Notes under the pieces: model-generated
What the model was told of the DNA's origin: nothing
What the model saw: only the letters and a program-made list of their open reading frames with translations
Database searches by the model: none
Made by a program: the position numbers and the translations under genes
Source of the DNA: Candidatus Micrarchaeia archaeon
GTDB taxonomy: Archaea; Micrarchaeota; Micrarchaeia; Anstonellales; J096
Assembly: GCA_041500405.1 (NCBI GenBank)
Contig: JBGQMB010000001.1
Span: forward strand, 20,376-84,375
Length of the DNA stretch: 64,000 nucleotides
Direction: 5' to 3'
In this document: positions 37,075 to 46,699 of the stretch, piece after piece
Position numbering within the stretch: the first letter of the stretch is position 1
Layout of the letters: each line of letters starts with the position of its first letter

Positions 37075-38901
37075 ATGGCCCAGCAGGGCGATCTAAATTG
37101 GGGCTCGGCGCTTGCAATCGTTGCATTAGTGTCCATCATCGCAATCGTGGCTTACGTATTTTTCGCGCATGGCCCAAGGGAGATTGTGATGGGCGGAAGG
37201 ACGCCGCTCCTGAATTCCGCGATAAGCTTTTACATCCTCAATGGCGACGGGAGCAAGGGCGCGCTTGCAGGCAGCACAACAACGGATGAGGACGGCATTT
37301 ATGTCACTGCAATCAACGCGTCGCCCAATGATTTCCTTCTCATTGAGGCAACAAACGGCTCGTATGCCAAGGACACAGCCAACACAAGGCCGCTCAAGCC
37401 ATCGCAAAGCCTGGCAACAGCAGTGTCCGCGTCAAACTCCAGCACTTGGGCAGCAATAACGCCTCTCACGCACATGGCAGCAGCAAGGGCAAGGGCGCTC
37501 GCGGCAGGAGGGACGCCATTGTCGACAGCCGTTGTGTCATCAAACATTGGCGTTGCGCGGCAGTATGGCCTTGCTGACATAATATCAAACCAGCCTGTTC
37601 CTGTTGACGACGAGGAATGGGCCGCGCGCGCGAACATTGACGAACGGCAATATTCTCTTGTCATTGCGGGCATCTCAGAAGAGGCGGAAGACCTCAATAT
37701 GGACGCCGTGGGTTTTGCGGACGCGCTTGCAAAGGACGCGAGCGACGGCCTGCTTGACGGCAAAGAGAACGGAGAGCCGATAACAATGGAGTCATTGTCA
37801 GGCGGGACAATGAGGCTTGACGCGAATGCCGGGACAGAAGGCGTGCAGGACGGCATTGCCAGCGCGCAGGTCGCACCAAACCTTGCGCCCAACCAGGCAA
37901 ATGCCCAAGTGCCGCTCCAGCCAGTCCAGCTCGGCATAAACGGGGCAGGGAAATTTTACATAACATCAACAATGCTTCCTGCTGCCATAGCGCAAACACA
38001 ATATAATTTTCAGTTAACTGCACAAGGGGGAACTACCCCTTACACGTGTTCATTGGCAGGAAGGAATGCGGACAACACGGTTTCGGCTTTGCCGAATTGG
38101 CTCTTGCTTGGAAACGATTGCACGCTTTACGGCGGCGTTCCTTTGCTTGCAGGCGGAACAACGATGTCAATTTCACAGCCGTTCACAATAGCAATGTGCG
38201 ATTCCGCAAACTCGTGCGAAAACCTGGAGCTGCGCATAACGACAATAGGGCAGAAGCCGGAGATAACGACATATATCGCCAAGTGCTTTATTAATGAATT
38301 CTGCAACCAGAACATCGCAACAGCGCAAGGAGGGATAACGCCGTATTATTTCAGGTCCGACTATCTCAGGAACGGCGCGTCGCCGCTCGGCACAATCGTG
38401 GACCTGAACGGCAACATCCGCGGGACGCCAACGGAGATGGGGACGTTTGACGTCGGCGTTTGCGCAATAGACAGCATAGGCGCATACTCCTGCGATACAG
38501 CCGAAGTCAGGGTTATTTCGCGGAACGTTACGCTTTATCTTACGAAAACTGGCACCGGCACAGGCAAGGTCTACTCGAACCCCTTCAATGACGACAACAT
38601 CTTTTCGTACGGCGTGACGCTCACGCTCACGGCAACCCCGAACAGCGATTCCGAGTTCACGGGATGGGGCGGCGCGTGCAGCGGAACAGGGACATGCAGG
38701 CTACTGATGGACGGGGACAAGGAAATCACTGCGGAGTTCACCCAGACAGAGGAGGAGCCTACGCCGAACCCCAATCCGCCGGACACATGCGGAAGCGGAT
38801 ATCACATCAGCAACTGCGGAAACGGCCAGACGCGCTGCTGCCGCAGCGGCTGGGAGTGCTGCAACAGCGGCAACTGCGCGCCGGCTGTCTGGTGCGGCTG
38901 A
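37075..38901 (+). CDS. N-terminally anchored surface protein with Ig-like domains, InlB-B-like repeat and Cys-rich tip
   Basis: N-terminal TM; two AQGGxTPY Ig-like units; LTATPNSDSEFTGWGGAC; PTPNPNPP linker; 8-Cys C-terminus. Confidence 0.8.
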   Translation: MAQQGDLNWGSALAIVALVSIIAIVAYVFFAHGPREIVMGGRTPLLNSAISFYILNGDGSKGALAGSTTTDEDGIYVTAINASPNDFLLIEATNGSYAKDTANTRPLKPSQSLATAVSASNSSTWAAITPLTHMAAARARALAAGGTPLSTAVVSSNIGVARQYGLADIISNQPVPVDDEEWAARANIDERQYSLVIAGISEEAEDLNMDAVGFADALAKDASDGLLDGKENGEPITMESLSGGTMRLDANAGTEGVQDGIASAQVAPNLAPNQANAQVPLQPVQLGINGAGKFYITSTMLPAAIAQTQYNFQLTAQGGTTPYTCSLAGRNADNTVSALPNWLLLGNDCTLYGGVPLLAGGTTMSISQPFTIAMCDSANSCENLELRITTIGQKPEITTYIAKCFINEFCNQNIATAQGGITPYYFRSDYLRNGASPLGTIVDLNGNIRGTPTEMGTFDVGVCAIDSIGAYSCDTAEVRVISRNVTLYLTKTGTGTGKVYSNPFNDDNIFSYGVTLTLTATPNSDSEFTGWGGACSGTGTCRLLMDGDKEITAEFTQTEEEPTPNPNPPDTCGSGYHISNCGNGQTRCCRSGWECCNSGNCAPAVWCG

Positions 38902-38978
38902 GGCGTTTTCTTAGGCGGGCGCCTTGCATTTTGCCTCATATTTATAAATTAAGCGAGCCAAATGCCATTGTGGTCAAA

Positions 38979-39827
38979 ATGGAAAAAATACACATCGCTT
39001 TTGCAATGTTAGCGTTGCTTCTGTTCTCTTTCGGGTGCACAAGCCTGATGAGCGACACTCAAAGCTTGGTTGGCGGCGACAGCGGGCGCACGTCATCCAC
39101 TATAGGCGTTTCGGAAGACTTGAGCTACAAGTCGGCGCCAAGCGCATCAGACGGCGCTGTCCAGGACGCAATGGTCATAAAGACCGGCTCTGCGCAGATA
39201 GAGGTGCCTGAGAACACGCTTTCGGCAAGGTACGAAAGCCTAAAGGCTATGGCTGTCCAATATGGCGGCTCAATCTCGTACTCAAGCTACTATGAGAGCG
39301 AATCCGGCAAGACGCAGTATGTCACCGTGAAAGTGAACTCGGAAAAATTTGACGAGTTTACGGGAAGGCTCTCCGAGATAGGGACAGTCAAGAGCTTCTC
39401 CAGCAACACGGACGACGTCACGCAGGAGTACATCGACACGACCGCGAAGCTCAGCAACCTGATAGCCTCAAGGGACAGGCTGCTTGCGCTGTACAACACG
39501 ACGGGAAACCTGAGCGACATACTGATGCTCGAGCAGGCGATTGAGAACGTGCAGTACCAGATAGACTCCGCGACGCAGCAGAAGCTGTACTACGAGAGGC
39601 AGTCCGCGAAGGCGAGCGTGAGCATAACTCTTTCCGAGCCGCTTCCGGTCGTCGACACCACGATTCTGGACCCGCTTTCGCAGCTTGCGAACCTGTTCAT
39701 CGGCAGCCTCATTGTCGGCGTGACGCTTATCGTCATTGGCGCCGGCTTCGTGATACCGATAGCCATAGCGCTGTTCGTGCTCTGGAAGATATGCGCGTGG
39801 CTCTGGACCAAGCTCAAGAAGAAATGA
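38979..39827 (+). CDS. DUF4349-like lipoprotein
   Basis: Lipobox FSFGC; VIKTG, DDVTQEYID, coiled coil, C-terminal TM. Confidence 0.82.
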   Translation: MEKIHIAFAMLALLLFSFGCTSLMSDTQSLVGGDSGRTSSTIGVSEDLSYKSAPSASDGAVQDAMVIKTGSAQIEVPENTLSARYESLKAMAVQYGGSISYSSYYESESGKTQYVTVKVNSEKFDEFTGRLSEIGTVKSFSSNTDDVTQEYIDTTAKLSNLIASRDRLLALYNTTGNLSDILMLEQAIENVQYQIDSATQQKLYYERQSAKASVSITLSEPLPVVDTTILDPLSQLANLFIGSLIVGVTLIVIGAGFVIPIAIALFVLWKICAWLWTKLKKK

Positions 39828-39857
39828 TTTTGTTTTTTAATTTCTTTTTTCGTTTTT
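39828..39857 (+). terminator. oligo-T terminator
   Basis: ttttgttttttaatttctttttttcgttttt-type tract directly after the stop codon. Confidence 0.55.
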
Positions 39858-39895
39858 CCGAATGATTTTTATATTTATCCATCAAAAATAACAGT

Positions 39896-40678
39896 ATGGC
39901 CGAAAAGAGCGTCCAGGCCCAAACGGGAAAGCCGGAAGGGAAGCGGATTCACGCCGGCATAATTGAGCAGTCCGCAGTCTCAATGAAGGACATCGTCGAA
40001 GCCATAAGGACCGCCATTTCCTTTTCCGACGACCGCGGCATTCCGCTGCCAAACGAGCTGACGCTTCCGCAAAAGCAAAAGGACGCGATAATGGGCTTTG
40101 TGGAATCGCTTGCAAAGGACCCTGCAAGGGACAGCGACCTTGTCTCGTTCGCAGTCGCAATAAGCCGCATATGCAATTCTTGCTCGTACAATGAAGAAAG
40201 GCTGGCCACGCTCAATACGTTGGCGATGCTGGTCTCCGGGGAGAGGTTCAAGGAGCTCTCAAAGGAAACGGTCGGCATAGTCCACAAGGTGGCGCTCAAC
40301 CCGCTGAACAGCGGCATAAAGGACTCAATCTTGGTGTCGCTTGCCAGCTTGATTGACAGCCCGGACTTCAGTGGCGGGCTTCTGCCGGCCCTGCACATCA
40401 TTTCAGAGCAAACAGACGGCGCGCACATGGTAATGTCGCTGGAGCACATGCTGAGCATATGCCAAAGCAAGCGCTGCACGCCTGCCGTCGAGGCCCTGGT
40501 GCTTGAAGTGGCCAAGAAGACATGGAGCAAGGAGACGGAGCTCTCCCTGTGCTCGCTTTCCCTGCTTGTGGAAAGCAGCAAGGCGTCGGACGCCCTGTTC
40601 GCCGGCCTGCGCAACGAGATAAGGGACATGCCGGCCTACAGCATAGCGCTCCGCATCAACAACACAAGAGGCGGATAA
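39896..40678 (+). CDS. hypothetical helical-repeat protein (same family)
   Basis: LVSGERF, LIDSPDF, ICQSKRC, LVESSKA at 40/36/36 aa spacing. Confidence 0.68.
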   Translation: MAEKSVQAQTGKPEGKRIHAGIIEQSAVSMKDIVEAIRTAISFSDDRGIPLPNELTLPQKQKDAIMGFVESLAKDPARDSDLVSFAVAISRICNSCSYNEERLATLNTLAMLVSGERFKELSKETVGIVHKVALNPLNSGIKDSILVSLASLIDSPDFSGGLLPALHIISEQTDGAHMVMSLEHMLSICQSKRCTPAVEALVLEVAKKTWSKETELSLCSLSLLVESSKASDALFAGLRNEIRDMPAYSIALRINNTRGG

Positions 40679-40679
40679 G

Positions 40680-41363
40680 ATGGATTCAGTGAAAAGACCG
40701 TTAAATAAGCAAGGCGAACCCGCGAACAACAAGAAGCCGCAGCTTGAGAAGTTCAAGGACAGGTTCCCGAAAGCGAACCTCATATGCAGGCGCCTCGGCG
40801 CCAAGATGGACAACTTCGACCGCATGACGAGGCTTCCGCAGGAGGACAGGCAGAACATACTGGATTATGCGGCAATGCTTGCAAGCCGCAACAAAAAGGG
40901 AAATCTCGGCCTGCTTGCGAGCACGGTAGACGCAATCTGCAACTACGGCGAGCCGCACGACAGGAGCTACTTTAACCTCGTTTATCTGAACAGGCTACTT
41001 GGAAGCCAGCGGTTCATTGATGCGCCGCGCTTTGTCATGGTTCCTGTTGCAATGATAGCGTGCCAGCCAAGGAACAGGGATCTGCTCTATTTTCACTTGG
41101 ACTCCATAAGGACGATAGCGGACGACAACTTCCTTTCGGCGGCAACCGCGTTGGAGCTGTGCACGATGGCCATGGGAAACACAGGAAACGACCTTTCGAT
41201 GAAATTCCACGAGCTCATAATAAGGCTCAGGGCGGAAAGGAAAAAAGAAAACATGAAATCCGGCCGCGAGCTTGGAAAAACGCTAAAGGAAATTGACCAC
41301 TTTGAAAAGTCCAGCAGGAATCCGAACCCGCCAATAATGGTCAAGGAAAAGAAGCAGGCGTGA
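40680..41363 (+). CDS. hypothetical protein, paralogue of the preceding gene
   Basis: Gap-free by-eye alignment of the ICN...L..L....RF...PxN region with 39896-40678. Confidence 0.65.
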   Translation: MDSVKRPLNKQGEPANNKKPQLEKFKDRFPKANLICRRLGAKMDNFDRMTRLPQEDRQNILDYAAMLASRNKKGNLGLLASTVDAICNYGEPHDRSYFNLVYLNRLLGSQRFIDAPRFVMVPVAMIACQPRNRDLLYFHLDSIRTIADDNFLSAATALELCTMAMGNTGNDLSMKFHELIIRLRAERKKENMKSGRELGKTLKEIDHFEKSSRNPNPPIMVKEKKQA

Positions 41364-41436
41364 GACGGGCGGTGCGGTTCCTTTTTAAATTTTTCACTGG
41401 AATAAGGCAAAAGCATAACCGTAAAGGTGTTTATCG

Positions 41437-41724
41437 ATGAAATTTCCAGGGGAACTAATGAGGTATTGCCCGCACTGCAACGCAAGGACTTTGCACAAGG
41501 CGAAGAACGTGTCAAAGGGCAAGGCAAGCCCGTTCTCGTTCGGAACCATGAAGCACGCAAAGAAGCTCATGGGCCACGGCGGAAAAAGGGCGGGCCAGAA
41601 GGAAGTGAAGAAGCAGGGCAAGAAGCAGAAGGTAATTTTAACGTGCACGGCCTGCAGCAAGAAGCAGGAGTGGGTCTGCCACAAAAGGACCAAGAAAAAG
41701 GTGGAAATCGTGAAGAAACAGTAA
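41437..41724 (+). CDS. rpl44e: ribosomal protein eL42 (L44e)
   Basis: MKFP...RYCPHC...H, GHGG, LTCTAC; operon position. Confidence 0.93.
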   Translation: MKFPGELMRYCPHCNARTLHKAKNVSKGKASPFSFGTMKHAKKLMGHGGKRAGQKEVKKQGKKQKVILTCTACSKKQEWVCHKRTKKKVEIVKKQ

Positions 41725-41734
41725 AGTGATGCTT

Positions 41735-41908
41735 ATGGCAACAAGTTTCATGAAGATAAAGTGCTCGAAGTGCGGCGAGGAAAGGAAGGTTTTCTCGCAT
41801 TCAAACAAGGACATCTTCTGCGGCAAGTGCAAGGCGCACCTAATGCAGCCGAGAGGCGGAAAGGCGCTGCTGATTGACGCGGAGATATTAGAGGAGTACA
41901 ATGAGTGA
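41735..41908 (+). CDS. rps27e: ribosomal protein eS27
   Basis: SFMKIKCSKC...VFSH...CGKC..L.QP.GGKA. Confidence 0.93.
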   Translation: MATSFMKIKCSKCGEERKVFSHSNKDIFCGKCKAHLMQPRGGKALLIDAEILEEYNE

Positions 41909-42671
41909 CATAAAGGATCTCAAGCTTCCGCAGAAGGACGAGCTTGTAGTCGGCGAAGTGAAGAAGGTCCTGAATTACGGCGCATTCTGCTCATTATTGG
42001 AGTATCCGGGCGTTGACGGGTTTTTGCACGTCAGCGAGGTCGCAAGCAAGTGGATAAGGAACATAGGCGAGTATGTCAGGGAGAACCAGAGGGTCGTAAT
42101 CAAGGTAATAAACGTCGACCCAGGCAAGAACGTGGTTGACGTCTCATTAAGGCGCGTCAATGAGAACGAAAGGAAGCAGGTGCTGGAGTTTTTCGACAGC
42201 AACCAAAAGGCAGAAAGGATGATAGGGGTTGCTTCAAAAAAGACCAAGATTGAGGTTCCTGCAAACATCGTTTCTGAAATACTGAAAACCTACAGCTCGG
42301 TCTATGATTTCGCATATGACGTTTATGAGAAGGGCGAGGCAGTGGCGGAAAAGGCCGGCATGCCGAAAAAGCTCGCAACGGCCTATTTCGAGCTGGTCCA
42401 GATCTCAATGAAGCCGTCCAAGGTCACCGTAAGGGCCGAGATAAAGGCAACATCCCTCAGGCCCAAAGGCGTTGAGGACATAAGGGCCGTGCTTTCCGGG
42501 ATAGAGGGCGCCTCAATAAAATACCTGGGCGCGCCGAGGTACATGGCGGTAATAGAGGACGAGTCGTTCAAGCAGGCCAACAAGAGGATGACCGCGCTTT
42601 TGTCGTCGGTGGAAAAGAAGGCAAAGGCGTCCGGCGTGTCCATGGAATACGAGATAATGAAAAATGAGTGA
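41901..42671 (+). CDS. eif2a: translation initiation factor 2 alpha
   Basis: S1 domain YGAFCSLLEY, HVSEVASKWIRNI, DVSLRRV, YLGAPRY. Confidence 0.95.
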   Translation: MSDIKDLKLPQKDELVVGEVKKVLNYGAFCSLLEYPGVDGFLHVSEVASKWIRNIGEYVRENQRVVIKVINVDPGKNVVDVSLRRVNENERKQVLEFFDSNQKAERMIGVASKKTKIEVPANIVSEILKTYSSVYDFAYDVYEKGEAVAEKAGMPKKLATAYFELVQISMKPSKVTVRAEIKATSLRPKGVEDIRAVLSGIEGASIKYLGAPRYMAVIEDESFKQANKRMTALLSSVEKKAKASGVSMEYEIMKNE

Positions 42672-42825
42672 AATTCTTGGAAGATTGAGGAGGTGCACGG
42701 CATGCGGGGCATACACGATGCTCATCACCCACCACAAAATGCTCTCAACCAACGCCCACAGCCCGGTTTTTAAGCCTTTTGACAGATACGCAAAGTATAG
42801 GGAGATGGAGAAGGAGATTGAATGA
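42664..42825 (+). CDS. nop10: H/ACA RNP protein Nop10, 53 aa, not in ORF track
   Basis: MSEILGRLRRCTACGAYTMLITHHKMLSTNAHSPVFKPFDRYAKYREMEKEIE; canonical slot between aIF-2alpha and PAC2. Confidence 0.88.
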   Translation: MSEILGRLRRCTACGAYTMLITHHKMLSTNAHSPVFKPFDRYAKYREMEKEIE

Positions 42826-43577
42826 ACCACACGATGATAGTGGTCAGGAAGAAGCTGCCGGAGCAGCTCAACAAGCCAGTGCTTCTTGTCGGGTTGCCCG
42901 GAGTGGGATTCATAGGCCGCGTTGTTGCCAAGTACATGATAAGCAAGCTCAACGGCGAGCGTTTCGCCGATGTCTATTCGCCGTATTTCCCGCCGCATGC
43001 GATAATGGCGCGGAGCGGCGTGCTGAGGCTCATAAAGGACTCATTATACCTGGTCAAGACCAAGAATGCGGACGTAATCGTGCTTTACGGGGAGACGCAG
43101 GCGCTCAGCACGGAAGGGCATTATGAGTTTGCCTCAAGGATGCTGCATTTCTGCGAAGTCCATAAAATCAAGGAGATCATAACAGTAGGCGGATACGCGA
43201 CAGGCAAGCTGATAAAGGAGCCGAGGATTTTCGGCGCAGCCAACTCAAAGGCGTACGTTGAAGCGCTCAAGAAAAAGGGGATATCGTTCGGGGACTCGTT
43301 CGGGGCGATAGCCGGCATATCCGGCCTGCTTCCGGCGATGGCAAAGTCGGTGAGGATACCGGCGGTGTGCCTGATGGGCGAGACGCACGGCGGGTTCGTC
43401 GACGCGGTCGCGTCAAGCAAGATTTTGGAGTTCATTTCATCCTATTTCGAGACAAAGATAGACATGGCGGAGATTGACAAGGCCGTGAAGATAAACGAGG
43501 ACGTCATAAAGAAGGTTGAAACCGAGATAAAGAAGCAGATGTCCGAAAGCGCGACCAAGCCAAGCTACATCAGGTGA
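42822..43577 (+). CDS. PAC2-family proteasome assembly chaperone
   Basis: GLPGVGFIG, ITVGGY, GISGLL, CLMGET, C-terminal YIR. Confidence 0.9.
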   Translation: MNHTMIVVRKKLPEQLNKPVLLVGLPGVGFIGRVVAKYMISKLNGERFADVYSPYFPPHAIMARSGVLRLIKDSLYLVKTKNADVIVLYGETQALSTEGHYEFASRMLHFCEVHKIKEIITVGGYATGKLIKEPRIFGAANSKAYVEALKKKGISFGDSFGAIAGISGLLPAMAKSVRIPAVCLMGETHGGFVDAVASSKILEFISSYFETKIDMAEIDKAVKINEDVIKKVETEIKKQMSESATKPSYIR

Positions 43578-43590
43578 TTTTACGGTATCA

Positions 43591-44280
43591 ATGGACAAGG
43601 CGATAATAGGCAGGATAGTCAGGAACGGCGAGAAGTTCGAGCTTTTCCTTGACCCGGACAACGCCTATGCGTACATAGAGAAGAAAAAGCCGGATTTAAA
43701 GAACATCTTGGTCAGCGAGGATGTCTTCAAGGACGCGAAAAAAGGCGACAGGCAGGGGCCGATGGCGATAAAGAAGGCGTTTGGGACAGAGGACATTTAC
43801 GTCATACTGAAGGAAGTTTTCGACAAGGGAGAGGTTCAGTTAACGACGGAACAGAAGCACAGGATGGCAGAGGAAAAGAAGCAGCTCATAGTCGCAATGA
43901 TAACAAGGGAGGCCATCGACGCAAGGACAGGGGCGCCGATACCGGACAAGAGGATTGAGCTGGCCATGGAGGAAGTGAGGTTCCACGTGGACCCGTTCGT
44001 GCCTGCGAAGGACCAGATGGACAGTTTGGTCAAGCAGCTCAGGCTCAAGATACCCATAAAGTTCGAAAAGGTGAAGCTGGACGTCAGGATACCGGCGGCG
44101 CATGCGTCGAAGGCGTATGGCGTTTTAAAACACTATGGTCTAAAAAGGGAGGAATGGACCCAGTCCGGCGACTTCGTAGGATTGCTGGAAATACCGGCGG
44201 GCATGCAGGCGGAAGTCATAGACAAGCTGAACAAGGCCACGTCCGGAGAGGTCCAAATCAAGGTTGAAAAATCACAGTGA
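43591..44280 (+). CDS. ribosome maturation protein SBDS/Sdo1
   Basis: GEKFE, VFKDAKKG, FGT, KGEVQLTTEQ, IPAGMQ. Confidence 0.95.
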   Translation: MDKAIIGRIVRNGEKFELFLDPDNAYAYIEKKKPDLKNILVSEDVFKDAKKGDRQGPMAIKKAFGTEDIYVILKEVFDKGEVQLTTEQKHRMAEEKKQLIVAMITREAIDARTGAPIPDKRIELAMEEVRFHVDPFVPAKDQMDSLVKQLRLKIPIKFEKVKLDVRIPAAHASKAYGVLKHYGLKREEWTQSGDFVGLLEIPAGMQAEVIDKLNKATSGEVQIKVEKSQ

Positions 44281-44301
44281 TGCTTAAAGAGGTGCATTTG
44301 A

Positions 44302-44925
44302 ATGAAGGAGATATATCTGCCGGGCGACAAGCTGCCGGCTTCCGTGCGCGTTTCGAGGCTGAACCAGAACGCGGTCAGGAGGCAGGGCAACGTGCTGTAC
44401 GCCACGGTCGTGGGTTCAGTCAGCGACGAGATGTTCATGCCGTTTGAGATGGTGTACATCCCGAAGGAGGGGGACTCCATAGTCGGCATAGTGACAGGCA
44501 AGAGGAACGTCGGCTATTTCGTGGACACCGGAACGGCTTATGAGGGCCTGATACTGTCAAGGGAGACAAGGATAGAGCTTAGCATAGGCGACATCGTGTG
44601 CGGAAAGGTCGACAGGGTGGAGGACGAGGACACCATCATAGTGTCGCACGCGAAACAGCTTGAGGTTGGCCGGGTCCTTGACCTGCCGCCGTCCAAGATA
44701 CCGAGGATAATCGGCAAGGAGGCGAGCATGATAAACCTGATAAAGAGCCACACCGGAGTGGACATATTCGTAGGCGCAAACGGCTACGTCTGGATAAGCT
44801 CAAAGGGAAAGCTCAACAAGGCAATCCAGGCAATGACCACAATAGTCAACAAGGCCCATATGGAAGGGCTTACTGACGAGATAACAAAATTCCTCGAACA
44901 GGGTGAAACTCATGGGAACGCATAA
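44302..44925 (+). CDS. rrp4: exosome RNA-binding subunit Rrp4
   Basis: YIPKEGDSIVG S1 domain; KH domain KIPRIIGK..SMI, VGANGYVWI; GLTD. Confidence 0.92.
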   Translation: MKEIYLPGDKLPASVRVSRLNQNAVRRQGNVLYATVVGSVSDEMFMPFEMVYIPKEGDSIVGIVTGKRNVGYFVDTGTAYEGLILSRETRIELSIGDIVCGKVDRVEDEDTIIVSHAKQLEVGRVLDLPPSKIPRIIGKEASMINLIKSHTGVDIFVGANGYVWISSKGKLNKAIQAMTTIVNKAHMEGLTDEITKFLEQGETHGNA

Positions 44926-45658
44926 TCCAAACCTGAAGCTCATAGCAGCTGACGGAAAAAGGCTGGACGGAAGGACAGCCAACCAGCTTAGGAACATACG
45001 CATAGACGTCGGCGTCCTTGAGGGCGCGGTCGGCTCGGCATATGTGGAGTGGGGCGACAACAAGGTCATCGCCGGAGTATATGGCCCAAGGGAAGTTTTT
45101 CCAAAGTTCTTCGCAAAGGCGGACAGGGCCATTGTAAGGACAATCTACTCAATGTCAACGTTTGCGTCCTTGGAGGAGCACGGCAGGGCCGGCCCAAACA
45201 GGAGGAGCAACGAGATTTCCATGGTTCTTGCCGAGGCGTTCGAGAACGTGGTCATGATAGAGAAGTTCCCGACAAAGATGATTGACACGCACATAACGGT
45301 CCTCCAGGCCGCGGCAGGGACAAGGATAGCCGCGTTCCTGGCAGGCGTTGCGGCGCTCATAGACGGCGGATTCCCGATGAATGACATCGCGGCCGGCGTT
45401 TCAGTCGGAAAGGCGGACGGGGCGCTTGTGGTTGACCTCAACAAGGAGGAGGACAACTTCGGGCAGGCGGACATGCCTATTGTGTTCTCAGGCTCTGACG
45501 ACATTTTGCTGCTCCAGATGGACGGCAAGATGACAAGGGAGGAAATAAAGGAGGGCCTGGACCTGACAAACGAGGCGTCCAAGGCCATAATGGGCATGAT
45601 AAGGAAAGCGGTTGGAGCCAAGTATGAAGGCGCGATATCCAACAAGCTCAACCTTTGA
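44912..45658 (+). CDS. rrp41: exosome catalytic subunit Rrp41
   Basis: RLDGR, GSAY, YGPRE, NRRSNE, GTR, DLNKEEDNFGQAD. Confidence 0.95.
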   Translation: MGTHNPNLKLIAADGKRLDGRTANQLRNIRIDVGVLEGAVGSAYVEWGDNKVIAGVYGPREVFPKFFAKADRAIVRTIYSMSTFASLEEHGRAGPNRRSNEISMVLAEAFENVVMIEKFPTKMIDTHITVLQAAAGTRIAAFLAGVAALIDGGFPMNDIAAGVSVGKADGALVVDLNKEEDNFGQADMPIVFSGSDDILLLQMDGKMTREEIKEGLDLTNEASKAIMGMIRKAVGAKYEGAISNKLNL

Positions 45659-45668
45659 GGCGATATTC

Positions 45669-46463
45669 ATGGTAAAAGAAAGCGTTTTGAAAAGGATGAG
45701 AAGGGAATTCCAGATAGATGTCCTTGAAAGCGGCGTTAGACCTGACGGAAGGGGCTTCCGCGACTACAGGGACATCAAGGTCACGACAAATGTCATAGGA
45801 AGCGCCGAAGGGTCGGCGCTTGCGCAGATCGGCAACACGAAAGTGCTGGCCGGCGTCAAGCTCGGGATGCTGACGCCGTTCCCGGACGAGCCGAACAAGG
45901 GCGTCATGATGGTTGGGGCGGAGCTTCTGCCGATGGCGTCGCCGACATTCGAGCCCGGGCCCCCTGACGAAAGGAGCATTGAGTTCAGCAGGGTGGTTGA
46001 CAGGGGAATAAGGAGCGCGGAAATAGTTGACATGAGCAAGCTCTTTGTCGAGGAAGGCAAGGTCCTTGGCCTTTTTATCGACCTTTATGTGCTTGACTAC
46101 GACGGCAACCTGTTTGACACCGGAACGCTGGCGGCGGTCGCGGCACTGAAGAACACGAAAATGCCGAAGATAGAGAACGGCGCGATAGTGAGGGGGGAAT
46201 ACACCGGCCCGCTTGAGGTGCTCGGCTACCCGACATCGTCAACGTTCGTCAAGATAGGCAACTACATACTGATTGACCCTGAGATGCACGAGGAAGGGGC
46301 GGCCGACTCAAGGCTTACGGTAACGGTTTGCGACGACAAGGTGGTCGCGATGCAGAAAGGCGGCAACGGCGGCCTCAAAAAGGAGGAAGTGGTTAACTTA
46401 ATAAACATTTCTTTCGAAAAGAGGGACACGCTGATGAAATACATCACAGGGCGAGGGTTATGA
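45669..46463 (+). CDS. rrp42: exosome subunit Rrp42
   Basis: RPDGR, AEGSA, PFPD.P..G, FEPGPPDE, RVVDRGIR, DGNLFD. Confidence 0.95.
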   Translation: MVKESVLKRMRREFQIDVLESGVRPDGRGFRDYRDIKVTTNVIGSAEGSALAQIGNTKVLAGVKLGMLTPFPDEPNKGVMMVGAELLPMASPTFEPGPPDERSIEFSRVVDRGIRSAEIVDMSKLFVEEGKVLGLFIDLYVLDYDGNLFDTGTLAAVAALKNTKMPKIENGAIVRGEYTGPLEVLGYPTSSTFVKIGNYILIDPEMHEEGAADSRLTVTVCDDKVVAMQKGGNGGLKKEEVVNLINISFEKRDTLMKYITGRGL

Positions 46464-46693
46464 TAAACACAGTGAAGTTCGGAAGGAAGATAAGGAATTT
46501 ATACAACAAGGCATTCGAGGGCAGGAAAGAGTTCGAGTGCCCGAAGTGCGGAAAAATAGGCAAGATGAAGAAGAAATCGTTCTCGGTCTGGGAATGCAAG
46601 TCCTGCGGCGCGGTTGTCGCAGGAGGGGCGTACCAGCTTACGACGGAGGCGGGGGAAACCATGAAAAGGATCCTGACCTCAACAAAAAGGTGA
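46460..46693 (+). CDS. rpl37ae: ribosomal protein eL43 (L37ae)
   Basis: KFGRKIR, CPKC, WECKSC, AGGAY. Confidence 0.93.
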   Translation: MINTVKFGRKIRNLYNKAFEGRKEFECPKCGKIGKMKKKSFSVWECKSCGAVVAGGAYQLTTEAGETMKRILTSTKR

Positions 46694-46699
46694 ATGAAG

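Noticed and set aside
38664..38978. Arg-rich N-terminal extension of the DUF4349 ORF
   Set aside because: Overlaps the upstream gene; TATA-like TTTATAAA and the signal peptide point to ATG 38979
33631..41363. Diversity-generating retroelement or prophage as explanation for the paralogue cluster
   Set aside because: No reverse transcriptase, integrase or capsid gene, and no near-identical TR/VR DNA pair seen
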